Positions 39,267-54,149 of a stretch of DNA of 64,000 nucleotides are shown piece by piece (the first letter of the stretch is position 1; each line of letters opens with the position of its first letter). The stretch is from the human T2T-CHM13v2.0 reference genome, Homo sapiens. The notes under the pieces are model-generated. The model was not told the DNA's origin. It made no database searches and worked only from the letters and a program-made list of their open reading frames with translations. The stretch is taken from NCBI RefSeq assembly GCF_009914755.1, contig NC_060931.1. The stretch is one strand, 5' to 3'. The position numbers and the translations under genes were made by a program.

Positions 39267-39943
39267 GTTCTAGAGTCCATGGATTCCCTAGATATCAAAG
39301 AAGTCCCAATCTATTCTCTGGAGGGCTTTCAGAAGAAAGAATTAGAATAAAACCCTTTAAAAGTATTTCTTCATGGACATCTTAAAATGGCTATGGACAA
39401 CTAATGAGAGATAAATAAGATCTAAAATCACATATATTCTTCAGGGAAGCTTTATACAAGGTGATTGTCTCCAGCATTTTACTATGAACAATTTTAAACA
39501 TACAGAAAAGTTGAAAGACTTGTACAACAAACACCCGTATACTCACTCAGATTCTACAATACATTTAACTTTATGTGGTTTATATTACATCTATCTATCC
39601 CTCTATCCATTCAAAAATTCTTTTTTCCCTTTTTATGTATTTCCAAGGAAGTTACATATATTAGTGTACTTTAGAAGATATTTTTAAAATGTCAGTCCAT
39701 ATTCTCTGACTTCCTTTCCACTCTTCTTTCTTTCTGTCATCACATTCTCATACCAGCAAGAGGTGAGCTTCTCTCTGGATACCAGGGCTGTCCTTGCTTG
39801 GCTGGCTAGGGTGGAAGTTTAGACATGCAAACCAAACCGGCTGCTTTAAGGGCCAGCTGAAGGTCAACTCTTCTATAAAGACTTGGCCAGATGGGTTGGC
39901 AATCCTTTCTCCTGTGGTCTCAGAAACTTCAGGCACATCTCTG

Positions 39944-40224
39944 TGCATAGTAGATGCACTTGACAGCAATAACTTAAGAAATGAGGATTGCCACATGAAG
40001 GTTGCTGACAGGAGGGTGCTAAGTGAAAATGCTATATAAACTGCATGCTTCTTATAAGAGTAGATAAGAAGTTGCAGTTCTCCTGTCCAGCCCGGCACCA
40101 CTGGACTGCCCTGTAAGTTCCCCCAAATAAACTCTATGTTTCATTCACTGGCTCTGGGTTCTCTCCTTTCACCTCTTGAACCTGGTGCCATCTCTATTGA
40201 AGTTAACAGGGGCCCAGCAGGACA
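39944..40224 (+). mobile_element. LTR47-like ERVL solo LTR, internally deleted
   Basis: TG...CA ends with 5-bp TSD CTCTG (39939-39943, 40225-40229), TATA 'ctatataaa' at ~40032, AATAAA at ~40126. Confidence 0.8.
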
Positions 40225-40858
40225 CTCTGTTAAGCTAGTCATCAGACTGGTGTGATTCTTCCTTTATATGAACATCTCCCCTTCTGACTATAGTATACTA
40301 TGCACGTATGTGTCTGCGTGTTTACATGTGCACTTGTGGGGAACAGTGGGTTAGTGGCTAGGTCTTATTTATCTCTGTATTCAAGTGCTAAAACAGTTCC
40401 TGGAATATATTAAGTGAATAATCAGTGGATGAACAAAGGAATCAATGCTTCCTTGACTAGAATAGACAAATCAGTTCAAAACTGTTTTTGTGATCATCGC
40501 ATTTTGACTTGGTAGATTAAATTAGAATGATTGCTTTGCCTAAGAGTGTTTGTAGTCTACACAGTTGGTATGGTTTTGGCATCATGTTTAAAGAAAGTAA
40601 AAAGATGGCCCATGTGAGACTCTTTACATGATTCCAGGTTTAACACTCAACATCCAGAATAGATAATACTGAAAGAATGGAATGAATCTATCAGATCATA
40701 ATCTCAGGCTCATGGCCAAACCTAATGTTGCCTGTTTTGCTTTGCCAGTGTCATCAGAAACTTTATAAATATACATATATATATATTTTTTTTTCATTAG
40801 GAATAATAGACCCCATGCCATTGTAAAGAAATTGTTTCTGATTTTCACTTTTCCTCAT

Positions 40859-41221
40859 TGATATGGTTTGGTCCTGTGTCACCACCCAAATCTCATCTCA
40901 AATTGTAATCCCCATGTGTAGAGGGAGGGACCTGGTGGGAGGGGATTAGATCATGGGGGGGTTTCCCCCATGCTATTCTCATGATAGGGAGGGAGTTCTC
41001 ATGAGATCTGATGCTCTAAAAGTGGCAGTTTCTCCCGTGCTCTCTCTTGCTCCTGCTGCCTTGTGAAGAAGGTGTCTTGCTACCCCTTTGCCTTCTCCAT
41101 GATTGTAAGTTTCCTGAGGCCTCCCAAGCCATGCAGAACTGTGAGGAAATTAAACTTCTTTCCTTTATAAATTTTCCAGTCTCAGGTATTCTTTCCAGAA
41201 GTGTGAAAATGGACTAATACA
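40859..41221 (+). mobile_element. THE1D-like MaLR solo LTR
   Basis: 'tgatatggtttgg...ggactaataca' with perfect TSD CTCAT. Confidence 0.93.
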
Positions 41222-43579
41222 CTCATTTTTAAAAGTTTTCCAAGGTTAATTTTAGTAACTGATCTAACAATACCTATCTCAATAGCTGAAGTGAAATCTT
41301 GCATCTTGCCCCAGCTACCCTACATGCCATGCTTTCCTTTGAGCTTAGGTGATCCAAGAGCCATTCACACAAAAGAAACTCAGACAGGTGTTAAGTAGGA
41401 ACCAACATCTATTGATGACTTGACACTATGCTAGGTAGTTTACATTGGTTGTTTTTGTCTCAAATCTCCTTCAGTTGAGGGGAAATTGGATTAACTGGCT
41501 GAAATCATTCAGTTGAAAGATCTGCATGGTTAATGGTCATTGGTTGCTTTCTGACTTGAGATTAAGGGACTGTTCCTCCCCTTTCAGGTTTGTCTTGATG
41601 GTTTAATATTAATACTGAAGAGCAGTGCCAGAAAACTAAGCCACCAAATCAGGCCCACAAGGGGTACTGAGCTCACTTCAATAAATAAAATAAAAGGGTA
41701 CTTCAGTGTGTTCTCTGGTGGACAAGGTCAGGGGGAGACCTGGGCCAAGCTTTTGCTTTGTGCTCAAGTCACAGATTCCTGATCTTTAAGTCAAGGATGC
41801 AGACCCATTCACTCTCCACAGGTAGCTTGTATCCCTCTTGCTTTTTCTTTTCTTTTTTTTTTGGTAACCCTAGGAGTTCATTTTACCAAAGATAACAAAT
41901 GTGGCCCTGGAGGAGATTTAAGGAAGCAAGTATGATTCACCCTAGGAGAACTAGGTCCTTCCTGAGCCCAGTACACCTGCGGGAAGCACCCCAGAAGCCT
42001 GCCCCATCCTGTGGCTTGAAGGCATCTCCAAGCACCATTCAGTGGCTGGTTTCCCTAAGATGCAACTTTGGGGCAGTCTGCCTGTGAGAGTAGATAAGAA
42101 GTGAGCTTAGCAGCATCTTTTATCAGCTGCTTATGCTCACAGAGGACAGATGATCTTCAAGGAGTTGCTTAGAGATTTAAAGCACTGATGTGACAAGGAT
42201 GCTTTGATTCCAACGTCTCAGCCCTCTCCCTGCAGCCAGTGTTTACATAAACTTGAAAAAACCTGCCACTACTGTTCATCGCCCTCGTTTTTCAACCTTA
42301 ATGGTAATTACATTCCAAGGACTAGGAGAGATTTTCCCTCTCCTTCAAGTCTGGGGTTAGATATTCCCTTTGACATGGCGTTGGAGCTTTGGAACCCGGT
42401 GCTGGGGGCAGGGGTGGGGTGAGTTGAAGGAGACACTGCTTTCTGATAGGGTTTTTAAATCAATTCTTAGAAAGCTTTAGCTTGTATATTTATTGTTTAC
42501 TTTTTTATTATTGTGTAAGCAGAGTTTTGACTTAAACTTGAAATTTATTTTTGCTTGAATGTATCAAAACTTTGCATGTAACTGAAATTCAAAAATGAAA
42601 GTTGTGGCTTTCTCCCTGCACTCAGTGAAGTTTGTGATCTCTTCTTCCCAAGCCCCTGGCCTCCTATTATTTCCCTCACCATGCTTCACTCTCAAACTCA
42701 GCTCTTGTCTTCTCTCTTTATAGCCCTTCTTTACAATGGCAAAGATGGGGCTGTGAAGGAGAGAGATCTGTCTCATCCATTCAGAATCCCAAATCAAGAC
42801 AACAGGAAGGAACGTTAAGAATGGAGACTGCTACCCCAAATCAAGGACATATGCCTGCCCTTTGGCCAGCTTTACATGTCTCTCCCTTACCCTCCATGTC
42901 CAATGGGCCTTGAATGTCCCTACCACCATCTCTTTTTCTTCCTCAATCTATTTTTGTCCCATTGCAAGTGCACATTTTCCTTTAAGAGTAAAGGAAAAAC
43001 AAAAGACTTTGGATGGGGAAAAAGAGTAGTATGTGATGATGCAATTGCTTTTTCGTCTTTCTCCACTCTGTGTTTCTAACCAAGCCCTAAAAGATGGAGT
43101 TGGCCGGCTCCAGTAGACCAGATCTTGGATTTTGAGCAACCTGGCCACTTCCAGGTAGTTTCTGATCTCCATTTGGCACAATGAGTGCCACTGAACACTG
43201 GCCCTGACCTGGTGCTTTGGCCAGCCCTGCCCCTAGGGTGATCATTGGGATGGTGCCAAGAGCTGTGGACACAGCCACCCAGATGAAAGAAATTTGGGTC
43301 CTATTTCTAGAATCCAGAGCAAGGATGCTGGTGGAATCTTTCCTCTCCTCTCAATGGCCAGTCTCTGGCAGACTTCTTCTTCATTTGCCCAGGAAAGCCA
43401 GCTTTCAACAGCACAGGATTTCAAGAGGTTTCATCCTGCTCTGGTATGCAAAGGTTGGCCCAGAGAAGAACTCCTGGCTTTTCTTAAAACCAGTTATGCT
43501 TGGCTGGAAATATGTACTCCATAGGGTTTGATAAACAGATCCTGGCATTTTTTCAACTTGTCTATCTTAAATGGAAATG

Positions 43580-43940
43580 CAGATGCAGATCCAAGTTTTG
43601 TGGGGCCTGAAATCTCACATAATTTTTAGGGATTCTTTTTAAGAAAAATCCTAAAAACAAAATTGGGTACTCAACTTCCTCTTACGCATATCCCCAAAAT
43701 GCCCATGAACTTTTCTATATCACTGACCTGATCGGGGGTGTGTTGAAGTAGAAGATGGAGTGGGAAGAGACAACAGTCTTGAAAATTGAGTTAAAATGTC
43801 TTACTTCATCAGCTTAAATAAACTAACAATTTATGATCAGATGAGCATGTTGTTGGGGTTCCGCCCAAAGCCCAGGCAGGGGCATGCCAGTGAGGGCCCG
43901 CAGCTCATACTTCATCCGCTTCACTGTAAGTCAGTTTCTG
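43580..43940. mobile_element. hAT-Tip100 element (Zaphod/MER115-like)
   Basis: Ends 'gcagatccaagttttgtggggcctgaa' and 'cttcatccgcttcactgtaagtcagtttctg'. Confidence 0.55.
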
Positions 43941-44939
43941 CAGGGATGCTTTCCTCTTAGATAAATGAAACACCCTTTCCTCCTCCCCAATCACATTACT
44001 TTATGTTTCTAAAATTGCCTCTCTAATGTTCTTCATACAATTTGACAATATGAATCAAGAGCCTGATAATATTCATGCTTTAGCCCAGTAACTCTATTTT
44101 GCAATCTAGTATAACAAAAATGACTAGATCATGGAAGGACTTTATGCACAAAGATGTCTATTGAAGCATCATATATAATAACCAAAAATTGGATAGGCTT
44201 TAATGACAACATAGGAATGACTAAGTAAAACATGACATATTCATATTGTGGAATATTATACCATTAGAGACAATGAAGTTTTTACAAACTGCTTATAATA
44301 ATGTGGGAAAATGCGAATATACTAATATCACAAAATAGCAGCTCACAAAAGTGACATAAGCAGTATATTTAACGAGCCAGTTGGTAACATTGAGTTTCTA
44401 GCACTTGGAAAATACTGTTGCATTCATCACACTTATCATCTTCAATGAGGAAACAAAAGTTCTGAACCCCTTGGGTCCTTGGAATTTCCAAAATTGAGGG
44501 CCACACTAGAAGAAACTCTCATTTTAAAATAGCCTCTGATTTTATGTTATTTTCTAAAGCTAATTCTTGATGTTATGCAACTGTGAAGAATCAGTACTTT
44601 TACTTACTGCTTATAGAAGAATAATACATATACTGATACAAATGCATTTATACCCTTTGATGCAGTCATTCTAATCCTGAGCATCTATTCCAAGGAAATT
44701 ACCAGGAATATAGAGGCATTATGTGCAAAGATGCTAATTGCAATGAAATATAATAAGAAGGCATTACAACTTATCTAACAGTAGAGGAATTATTTTTTAA
44801 AATCTCAGTGTACATCTATAATGGCATATTAGCCATGGAAATAGTAAAATAGAGAAGAAACAAAAAATATAAAGCAAAGATAAGGACATATAATGGAGCT
44901 CCAAGTAGGGTGAATACAGAAATGCATATTGAAGAGTTT

Positions 44940-45170
44940 ATTTTCTTTACAAGCTCTAATACATATCAGCCACTGTTCTAAGCTCATATGAAGCTATTTA
45001 AACTTCCTAACAATCCCATGAGGTTAGTTCTATAGTAATCCCCATTTTTGGTTGGAGAAAGAGTACAGACAGGTTAGGTAACCAGCCACAAATCATGCAG
45101 CTGGTAAGTGGTAGAGCCCCAGTCCTCGCTCTGCAATCCAGCTTGGATGTCCTCGCTTGCATCTTCTATG
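44940..45170 (-). mobile_element. MIR SINE
   Basis: 'aacaatcccatgaggttag...ccccatttt...aggttaggtaacc...cagctggtaagtggtagagcc'. Confidence 0.75.
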
Positions 45171-47199
45171 CGGTACGACTCCACAGTTAGCTCTAAGCTT
45201 TCTAGCAACCAACATGAAAGTGAAAGCCAGATCACTTCCTTGAGTCAAGGTTAATAACAGGAGAATAAAATGATTTAGTATAAGCGATTCCTGACACTAA
45301 GAGAAAAAATCTCTTCTGAACACCACATAACTAGAATGCAGTGTTACTTAGAACTGGAGTAGAGACCACACCATGCTTTATGTACCATTTTTGATACTCT
45401 TTCTTCATTGTGTGCCAAGCCAAAGGATCCTTCAGCAAGAATGACTCTTTAGGGGGTAGGTGGAAGTGGGGGAGCAATATTGTAATGCCCAGGTGCTTTC
45501 TTTAATGAGATGACTTAATTGAAGAATAAATTAAAGAATGTCTGGGAAAAGAAAAAGAGAGTATATTCATGATGCAGTACACTGTACTCCAGAAGCATTG
45601 CTCCTCTCAGTCTGGCTTTTGATAGAGTGTAAGTCACTGCTTTAGCATTGTAATCCTATTTACCTTCACAATTCTGTTTAGGGAGGCAACACAGGTATAT
45701 TAGCTAATTAAAATGGAGAGGTAAAGGGGTTTGCCCCAAGATGCACCCAAGTGTTCTAACCCTTATCTTAGGATTGTCACCATAGATCAACTGTGAAATC
45801 AGTCACCGTCCTGGGTCTATTACTCTCAGGTAGCCCCTTGAGGCCTACGCAAATCCCTTTGTTCTCAGGGTGAGCTGCCAGAGCGGCCCGTGTCCATGTG
45901 CCATGTGGAGCAAGCTCCTTCCCTCTCAGTCACTGGGGGAGAGAATGTAACTTGCAAATGGAGAAAAATAGAAGTCAAAACACCCAACATGATATTCATC
46001 CTATCCCCATAGCTCTCCCCTATAGAACCCTGGAGAAAAAAAAAGAAAAAGTCAAAAGAAAGGCAAATGTGATGGCACCTAATACCCACTGGTGCCAACA
46101 TTAAACCAGTTCTTCCCTCTACTCCCAGTTCCCAAGCTGGTAAGGAAGGAGCCGAGTCAGAGAAACCATGTGCTTGTGAGTGACGCTCCAGCCATGGCCT
46201 GCCTCTCTCAAGCAGTCAAACACAGAGTCAGAGCAAAAACAAACACACAGGAGAGCGGGACTCTTGGTTTATGGTTTTAATTCTTTTAAATAAAAGGCAG
46301 AGGAATGGGTGCGCTGACTCCAAATATAACACAGAGCCCACGAAGCAGTGAATGAACAGTCACTCCCGTCTCTGCAGCCACCGGCTTTGTTCTGGGTGCT
46401 ACCAGCATAAATACTCTATTCCATTCATTGAGTGTCCAAAACTTGGGGTTCACACTCTTTGTTTTGGTTTGGTTTCTGGTGGCTCCCGTTCCATACCAGA
46501 CATCATTATGATAGGGTCTCATCTGTGATGTAGGAGCCACTCTCATTTGACTGTGATGTTTTTCTATTTTCACCCATCATGGACGTGTTTTCTTTTGGAA
46601 TTCAATCTAACCGGAGAGGAATCTCTTTTCAGTATAGATTGCTATGCAAACTGCTTCCCTACAGACTTTTGTATTTAGTGTAGCAGGGAGTCGATTTCAT
46701 TTCATTAGGGACAAGACCTGATCCTGTGATCTCGATCCTTTTAGCCACTGCCATAGAAATCCAGTTCTTTCCATCCGTCTACACGCACATCCACACATCC
46801 ACACACCTGCCAAGCACTAGGCCCTTCCTCCTGACTAGGGCCTTTTACATGACCCCTCTCACTCACCCCCACTTTTCCTGAAAGGAGTACAGTCCTCTCA
46901 CCTCACCTACACCCCCAACTAACTTTCTTTTGTGACCTAGACACTTTTGGAACTGTACTCCTAGCTCGTTTAACTGATAGACAATTTCAGTGTGTAGTTA
47001 TTGGTGAATAGTAATGGTGTAAGATCATGCTTCTCAAATTGTATTGCTTCTCAAATTTAAAACATCTCAGGATGTTTTAAAAAGGCAAATTTGTAAGCCT
47101 TTGTCCACAGGAATTCTGATTCTTTAATTCTTACTCCTAATTTTGTTTGGTTTTGATTTAAATCAAAATAGTACATGTGCATAGTTAAAAATCAGATAA

Positions 47200-49400
47200 T
47201 ACTGGATGACAGCGTTCTGCTTGCAATGATAGCAGTCTAGATTCAGAACCATGCTCCTCCTGATAACAACTAGAAAAACTAGACAAAATGTAAAAGAAAA
47301 ATAGTCTGAAGTTCTCAGTGAAGAATTATGGAGCTAGATGATGGAAGAAGAAGGAAGCTCAGAGAGGTGACCTGGCAGTTAGGGCCACATTTTCCCTGGA
47401 GGTATTTGCAGATTCAGAAGAGGCAGCTAAAATTTGTCAAGCTTAGTAGAACTTTCGAGACAGTCACGTGGCCAGGGGATTAAGTTGAAGTTTAGATCCC
47501 ACCAAAAAAGCTTTGCGATGAGATCTGGAGTGGGTACCTGTGGGAGTAAGTCCATCAGAAAGCAGAACACTGACGGCTGGGTGCAAACAACTTCATTAAG
47601 TGGTGAGGGTAAAGTGAGGAGGGCAGGATTTCCCCTAGCACAGCTGTGTACTAAAGGCAAACCAAAACACCTTTCTGGAAGATAATAGCATCATTTTAGA
47701 CTTTATCTTTACAGTTCTCCACATATAACATCCAGCATGCAATTACAACCAACCAGGTGCAGCATATCTGAATACAAACAATTAAGAGGAAAAACAACAA
47801 TAGAGACAAATCCACAGGATATCCAGATTATAGAGTTATTAGATACAGACTTCAAGATAATTTAGCTGATATGTTAAAGGAAATTAAAGACAAGATTTAA
47901 AATGTTAGCAGACAAGTGAAATAGTCTTAGCTTAGCTGTTGAATGGCCAGATAAATATTAAAGAAATGGAAACCATAATTTAAATTTTTCCACAAATAAA
48001 ACTTCAGCTTCATCATGGCTTTACTGAAGACTTCTACCCACCCATTTAAAGAGGATGTGAGACCAATGTACCCAGACATTTCCAGGGAAGAGAAAAAGAG
48101 TGGACACTTCCCAAGTCATTTTATGAGGCATTACTTTCATAGCAAAACTAGACAAAATTGGTACAAAAAGAGAAAATTATAGGCTAATCTCATCCTTGAA
48201 AATAGATACAAAAATTAAAAATAGATGGTAACTAAATATTAGCACACTGGACCTGGTGATAAAAAAAAATGAATCATACGTTCCAACCAAATTGGGTTTG
48301 TTCTAGGAATGCAAGATTAGTGAACACTCCAAAATCAATTCATAGAATAAAGGAGAAAAACCACACAATCGTTTCAACAAACAGAAAAAAAGTTACAAGT
48401 TCACCACCATTTTATGATAAACAACAACAACACACAAAATCTTTTAGCAAGTGATATGGTTTGGCTGTGTCCCCATCTAAATCTCATCTTGAATCTTAGT
48501 TCCCATAATCCCCACATGTTATAGGAGGAACCCAGTGACAGGTAATTGAATCATGGGGGTGATGGTTTTATAAGGGGCTTTCTGTTTGGTCAGCTCTCAT
48601 TCTGTCTCCTGCCACCCTGCGAAGAGGTGCCTTCTGCCATGATTGTAAGTTTCCTGAGGGCTCCCTAGCCATGTGGAACTGTGAATTACCCAGTCGCTGG
48701 TATTTCTTCATAGCAGTGTGAGAATGAACTAATACAGCAAGCTAAGAACAAAAAACTTCCTTAATCCGATAAATGATATCTACATAAAACTGCAGCAAAA
48801 ATCAAACCTACCAGTGAAATGTTGAATTTTTTTCCCTTTAACTTGAAAAGGAAATAAAAATGCTACTAATCTTACCTCTATTCAACATTGTTCAAGGTGT
48901 TCTAGTCAGTATAACCAGGAAGAAAATGAAATAAAAGGTAAAGTGGTTTACAACTGCCTTTATTTGCAGATGCTGTGTTAATGTGTATAGAAAATGCAAA
49001 ACAATCTACGGATAAAATGTTTAAATTAAACAGTAGTTTAGTAAGGTGGCTGGATACAATGTCAATATTTTAAAAATCAATTGCATAGATTGTCAAAAAA
49101 TTAAATTAAAAATGTCATTTGTAATAGAATAAAATAATACCAAATACCTAGAATTATGGCTAATGCAGAAAGTGTAGGGTTATTACATAGAAAACTATAA
49201 AATATTGAAAGAAATTAAGACCTAATAAATGGAACTATATCATGTTCATGGATTATACAATTAAATATTATTAAAATGTTAGTTAGTGTTAGACCATGCA
49301 ACTGATCTATAGATCCAATGCAATACCAAACAAAATTTCAGAAGATTTTTTTTCCTTTGTGGAAATTTAAAATTTGGAAGCAAATTCTTTAAAATTTGGA
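47200..49400 (+). mobile_element. Old L1M, heavily deleted (5' UTR, ORF1 and ORF2 pieces)
   Basis: 'cttcccaagtcattttatgaggca', 'ctattcaacattg', 'ttatttgcagatg', 'ggatacaatgtcaatat'. Confidence 0.75.
48452..48736 (+). mobile_element. THE1C/D-like solo LTR with two internal deletions
   Basis: 'tgatatggtttggctgtgtcccc...aactaataca' with perfect TSD GCAAG. Confidence 0.92.
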
Positions 49401-49599
49401 AGTCAGATTAGAGGAGAAGAGAGAGAGTCCTGATTGGATATAGACATGAACAGAACTTCTGGGCTACGGGCGATGTGCATTGCTTGACCTGGGAGATGGT
49501 TACACTGGTATAATCATTTTCACTCAATGCTCATGAATGTCTTAACTGCCCCATGCCTCCCACACCCAGACCTCACTCCCTGGAAGCGATCACTGCTAA

Positions 49600-49949
<350 letters not shown>

Positions 49950-49989
49950 AAGCAGGTTTCTTTTACAAACAATATGCCTGTGTCGTTTC

Positions 49990-51125
49990 ATTATATGTAT
50001 AAAATATATTTATTATATATTTATATAAATATAATATATAAATAATATTAATATACTATAAATATAATATATAATTTATAAATTATATATAAATTATAAA
50101 TTATATATTTTATATATAAATTATAAATTATATATTTTATATATAAATAATATACGTTTATATATAAATAAAAACAAAATAATATATAAATATCAATATA
50201 TTATATAGAAATAAATATAGAAATAAAAATATATAAATTATAAATATATAAATATATAACATATTAGCATATACTATATTATATTATATTTAAATATTAT
50301 ATTAATATATTAATATTAATTAATATATTATATAAATATATTAATATTAATTAATATATTATATATTTAAATTAAATATACTAAATAAAAACATATATAG
50401 TATATTATATATTATATATAAGATTTATATATAATATATAATTACATTTTTATATAATATATAATTATATAATATAATATATAATATATAATTAAATATA
50501 TAATTGTTATACTATATATTATATAATTATATTATATATTATATAATTATGTAATATATAATATAATATAATATTAAAATATAATATTAATATATAATAT
50601 ATAATATATTATATAATACATAATATAATATTAATATATAATATAATATATAATACATCATATGATATTAATATATCATATATAATATAATATTATATAA
50701 TACATATATCATATATTATATAATACATATATAATATTAACATATATAATATATAATATATATAATTATATATTTTATATATAACATATAATAATATATA
50801 TTATAAGTTATATATAAAATATATATAATATATAAAATATAAAATTATAATATAATTATATATAATATAATTTTATATATAAAATATATTATATTATAAT
50901 TTTATATTTTATATATAGTATACATATTATATATCGTAAAATATATATTATATATAATATATTATATATGTGTTATATATTATATATAATATATAATTAT
51001 ACATTATATATAATATAAATATATAATGTATAATTATATATTATATATTTTATATAAGATATAATATATTCTTTATATATTATATATCAAATTTATACAT
51101 ACATATCAAAATTATACATAACTAT
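49990..51125. repeat. TA-rich low-complexity / degenerate (TA)n-(TATAA)n tract
   Basis: About 1.1 kb of almost only A/T, with internal duplications and palindromes such as ATATTAATTAATAT. Confidence 0.97.
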
Positions 51126-51674
51126 GTTATGTTTAAACCTCCACTTCTTTTCCTGTAAACTTCAGTTTTATTTTAATGTGTTTTATAAAGACTTTATAAA
51201 TGAAAAGAATCATTTTTAGCAATAACATGTCTAGGTGCAAGTCGTTGTTATTCCATCCATTTTGTATTTTCAATTTGAAATTCACTTCTCCCTTTAGCTC
51301 TGGGAAATGTCTTTGGTTGTTTCTTTGACAATTGTCTCCTCTGAATTCATTTGGCATCTTTCATTTTGCACTTCTGTTGGTTGGGTGTTGGACTTCCTGG
51401 TTTGATGCTCCTGTTATCTCTTATTTTTATTGCTCATAGTTTTTAATCCCTTCAACTTTTTGCTTTTATGCTCTGAGAGGTTTTCTAGATCTCTGCTCCC
51501 CAACTCTTCTATTAAAATATTTATTTCAGCAATCATATTTTTAATTTCCAAAACTAATGTCTTATATACCCTAGTCATTTCTTTGATTGTTTCCTATTCT
51601 TGATCTATGGATTAAATAGCTCTTTAAATCCCAGTGTGCCTACTAATTAGATTTTGTTCTTAAAAACAAATCAC

Positions 51675-52017
<343 letters not shown>

Positions 52018-52286
52018 TCAGTTTCTCTTGGGCTTCCTCTTTCAAACTGCTATTTTTCCTGAACTGTCGGGATGCCTTTGAGTGTTTATAGGTATTTAAG
52101 AATGGGAAATGGGAAGGCTAATGAGGAACTCTCTGGGTTTGGCCTGTTGAACTGGCAGGCATCTTTTTAAGGTGAGCAGATGAGGAGCTAATCACCATGT
52201 TGATGGCCTCCCTAAAGCCAGAATGAGGACTGCATTACTTCTAGGTGCTAACATCTATGGGAGCTGCCTTAATTCACCTTAGGTAT

Positions 52287-52649
52287 TGTCTTAGAATGTT
52301 TTTGCTGCTGTAACAGAATGCCACAGAAGTTTATTTGGCTCTTGAATCTGGAGGCAGAGAAGTTCAAGATGGAGGGGCCACGTCTGATGAAGTTCTTCTC
52401 GTTGCATCTTAATGGGGCTGGAGGAATCTCATGGCAAGGAGGCATCCAGAGGAGACAGAAGACGAAATAGGGCTGAATTCATCCTTTTATTGGGAGTCCA
52501 CTTCCATGATAACTAACCACTCCCGCAGTAACCGTTTAACTCCATTCATGAGGGTGAAGACCTCATAACCGAATCACCTCTTAATATCGATGCATTGGGG
52601 ATTAAGCTTTCAACACATGAACTTCGAGGGCCACATTCAAACCACAGCA
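52287..52649 (-). mobile_element. MSTC/MSTD-like MaLR LTR
   Basis: 'tgtcttag...gctgctgtaacagaatgccacaga...ccattcatgagggt...cacattcaaaccacagca'. Confidence 0.85.
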
Positions 52650-53194
52650 GTATCCTGTGGTTATTCTCTTTTTTTTTTCTTTTTTTCTTTTTTTTCTTTT
52701 TTTTTTTTTTTTTTAGAAAAATGCCCTTGTGTTTTGGCTGGGAATAAATGCCTGCTGGCCTGAGCTTTGTGCAAGAGTGGAGGTGTTTACTATTTCGTTG
52801 ACAGTCCTCTCACTCTCCCTGGTTTTTGGCCCTGCTCCTTGTTTCCATTCTTGAGTGCATTGACTCTGTGTCCAGGGGTTACATGGTTCTGCTGCTTTCA
52901 AATTCCTGCAGCTTTTTCAAGGCTGCTCTTTCTTCTGTTCTGCTGCAAGCCACTAATGCTTCTCCATTTACTTCCTGTCTTCTGAAAATTCATTAAAACT
53001 TCTTGTATGTTGGTGAGTATCCTCCCATTCTCTTGGCTGCTACATGCTTATGTCTTTATTGATTTTTAATCATCTTAGGACTCAAGAGATACAGAGTCTA
53101 ACGTGGGGACTTTGTCTGTAATCTTAAAGCTGAGTCCCCTAATATGCTTAAGAGGAATCCCTTAAATTTCATACATATATGATTTAAGCCCAGA

Positions 53195-53506
53195 TTTGTT
53201 TGTTTGGTTGTTTTTAAACACATTTTATTGTTTATATTTGAGGTTTACAATGTGACGGTATGGAATACATTTAGATAGTAAAATGTTCACTTACAGTGAA
53301 GCAAATTAATGTATTTATCATCTCACATAGTTACTCGTATGTGTGTACATCTGTGACAAGAGCAGCTAAAATCTACTTATTTAACAAAATTCCCAAATAC
53401 AATACAATTTTATTAACCATAATCTTCATGCTGTATATTAGATCTCTAGAGTTGTTCATCCTACAAATCTGCTACTTTGGATTCTTTAACATATATCTCC
53501 CCATTT
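53195..53506 (-). mobile_element. L1MA 3' end (short, 5'-truncated)
   Basis: 'catctcacatagttac...gcagctaaaatctact...catgctgtatattagatctctaga'. Confidence 0.85.
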
Positions 53507-53699
53507 TAAGTCAAGCTTTGAGAAATAAGTAGAATGTGTATAGAAACAGAGGATTGTAGAAGACAGACCAAATAGAGGACATGTTTGAGCCGTGGTGTGG
53601 AGATAGGTTTGACCATGCTAGGTTTGAAAGACTAATGAGGACACCAACCTAGTAGGAGCCCAAAGTTCCAGGAGGAGAGTCACAGGAAATAGGGCTGGC

Positions 53700-54060
53700 A
53701 AAGGAATCTGGATCTAGAGCTCTTCGTTCTAGATGGGAAAATTTGGCCAATAGATTTTGAGCAAAGCAAAAAAGCAATGAAATCAAGATTTTAGAAAGAT
53801 TAATTTGGCAGGACATGAAAAATGCTTTGAGAGTAGGTAGACTGGAGGCAGAGAGCCAGCTAGGAAAAAATTGTGACCATCCATTTGTGAAATGAGGGAT
53901 GGTGGCAGCAGAAATAGAAAAGTAGGAAGCGATGTAGGCAAATCAGAAATGACTATGTATGGTACTCAGTGACTGATTGGATATGGAGGACAAGATGATG
54001 CTAAGTTTTCAGGACTAGATAACTATAAAGAATTATTGACATTGATGTACTTAGAAAATT
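53700..54060 (-). mobile_element. L2 LINE fragment
   Basis: 'ttttagaaagattaatttggcag...gactggaggcagagagccagctagga...gtgactgattggatatgg'. Confidence 0.7.
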
Positions 54061-54149
54061 CACAGGCACCCATCTGACTTCCACCTCCTCTCTCTTCAAG
54101 ATTAGTTTACCCATAGTAGAAATCTTGTTTTCCAGCCTACATTTCATAG

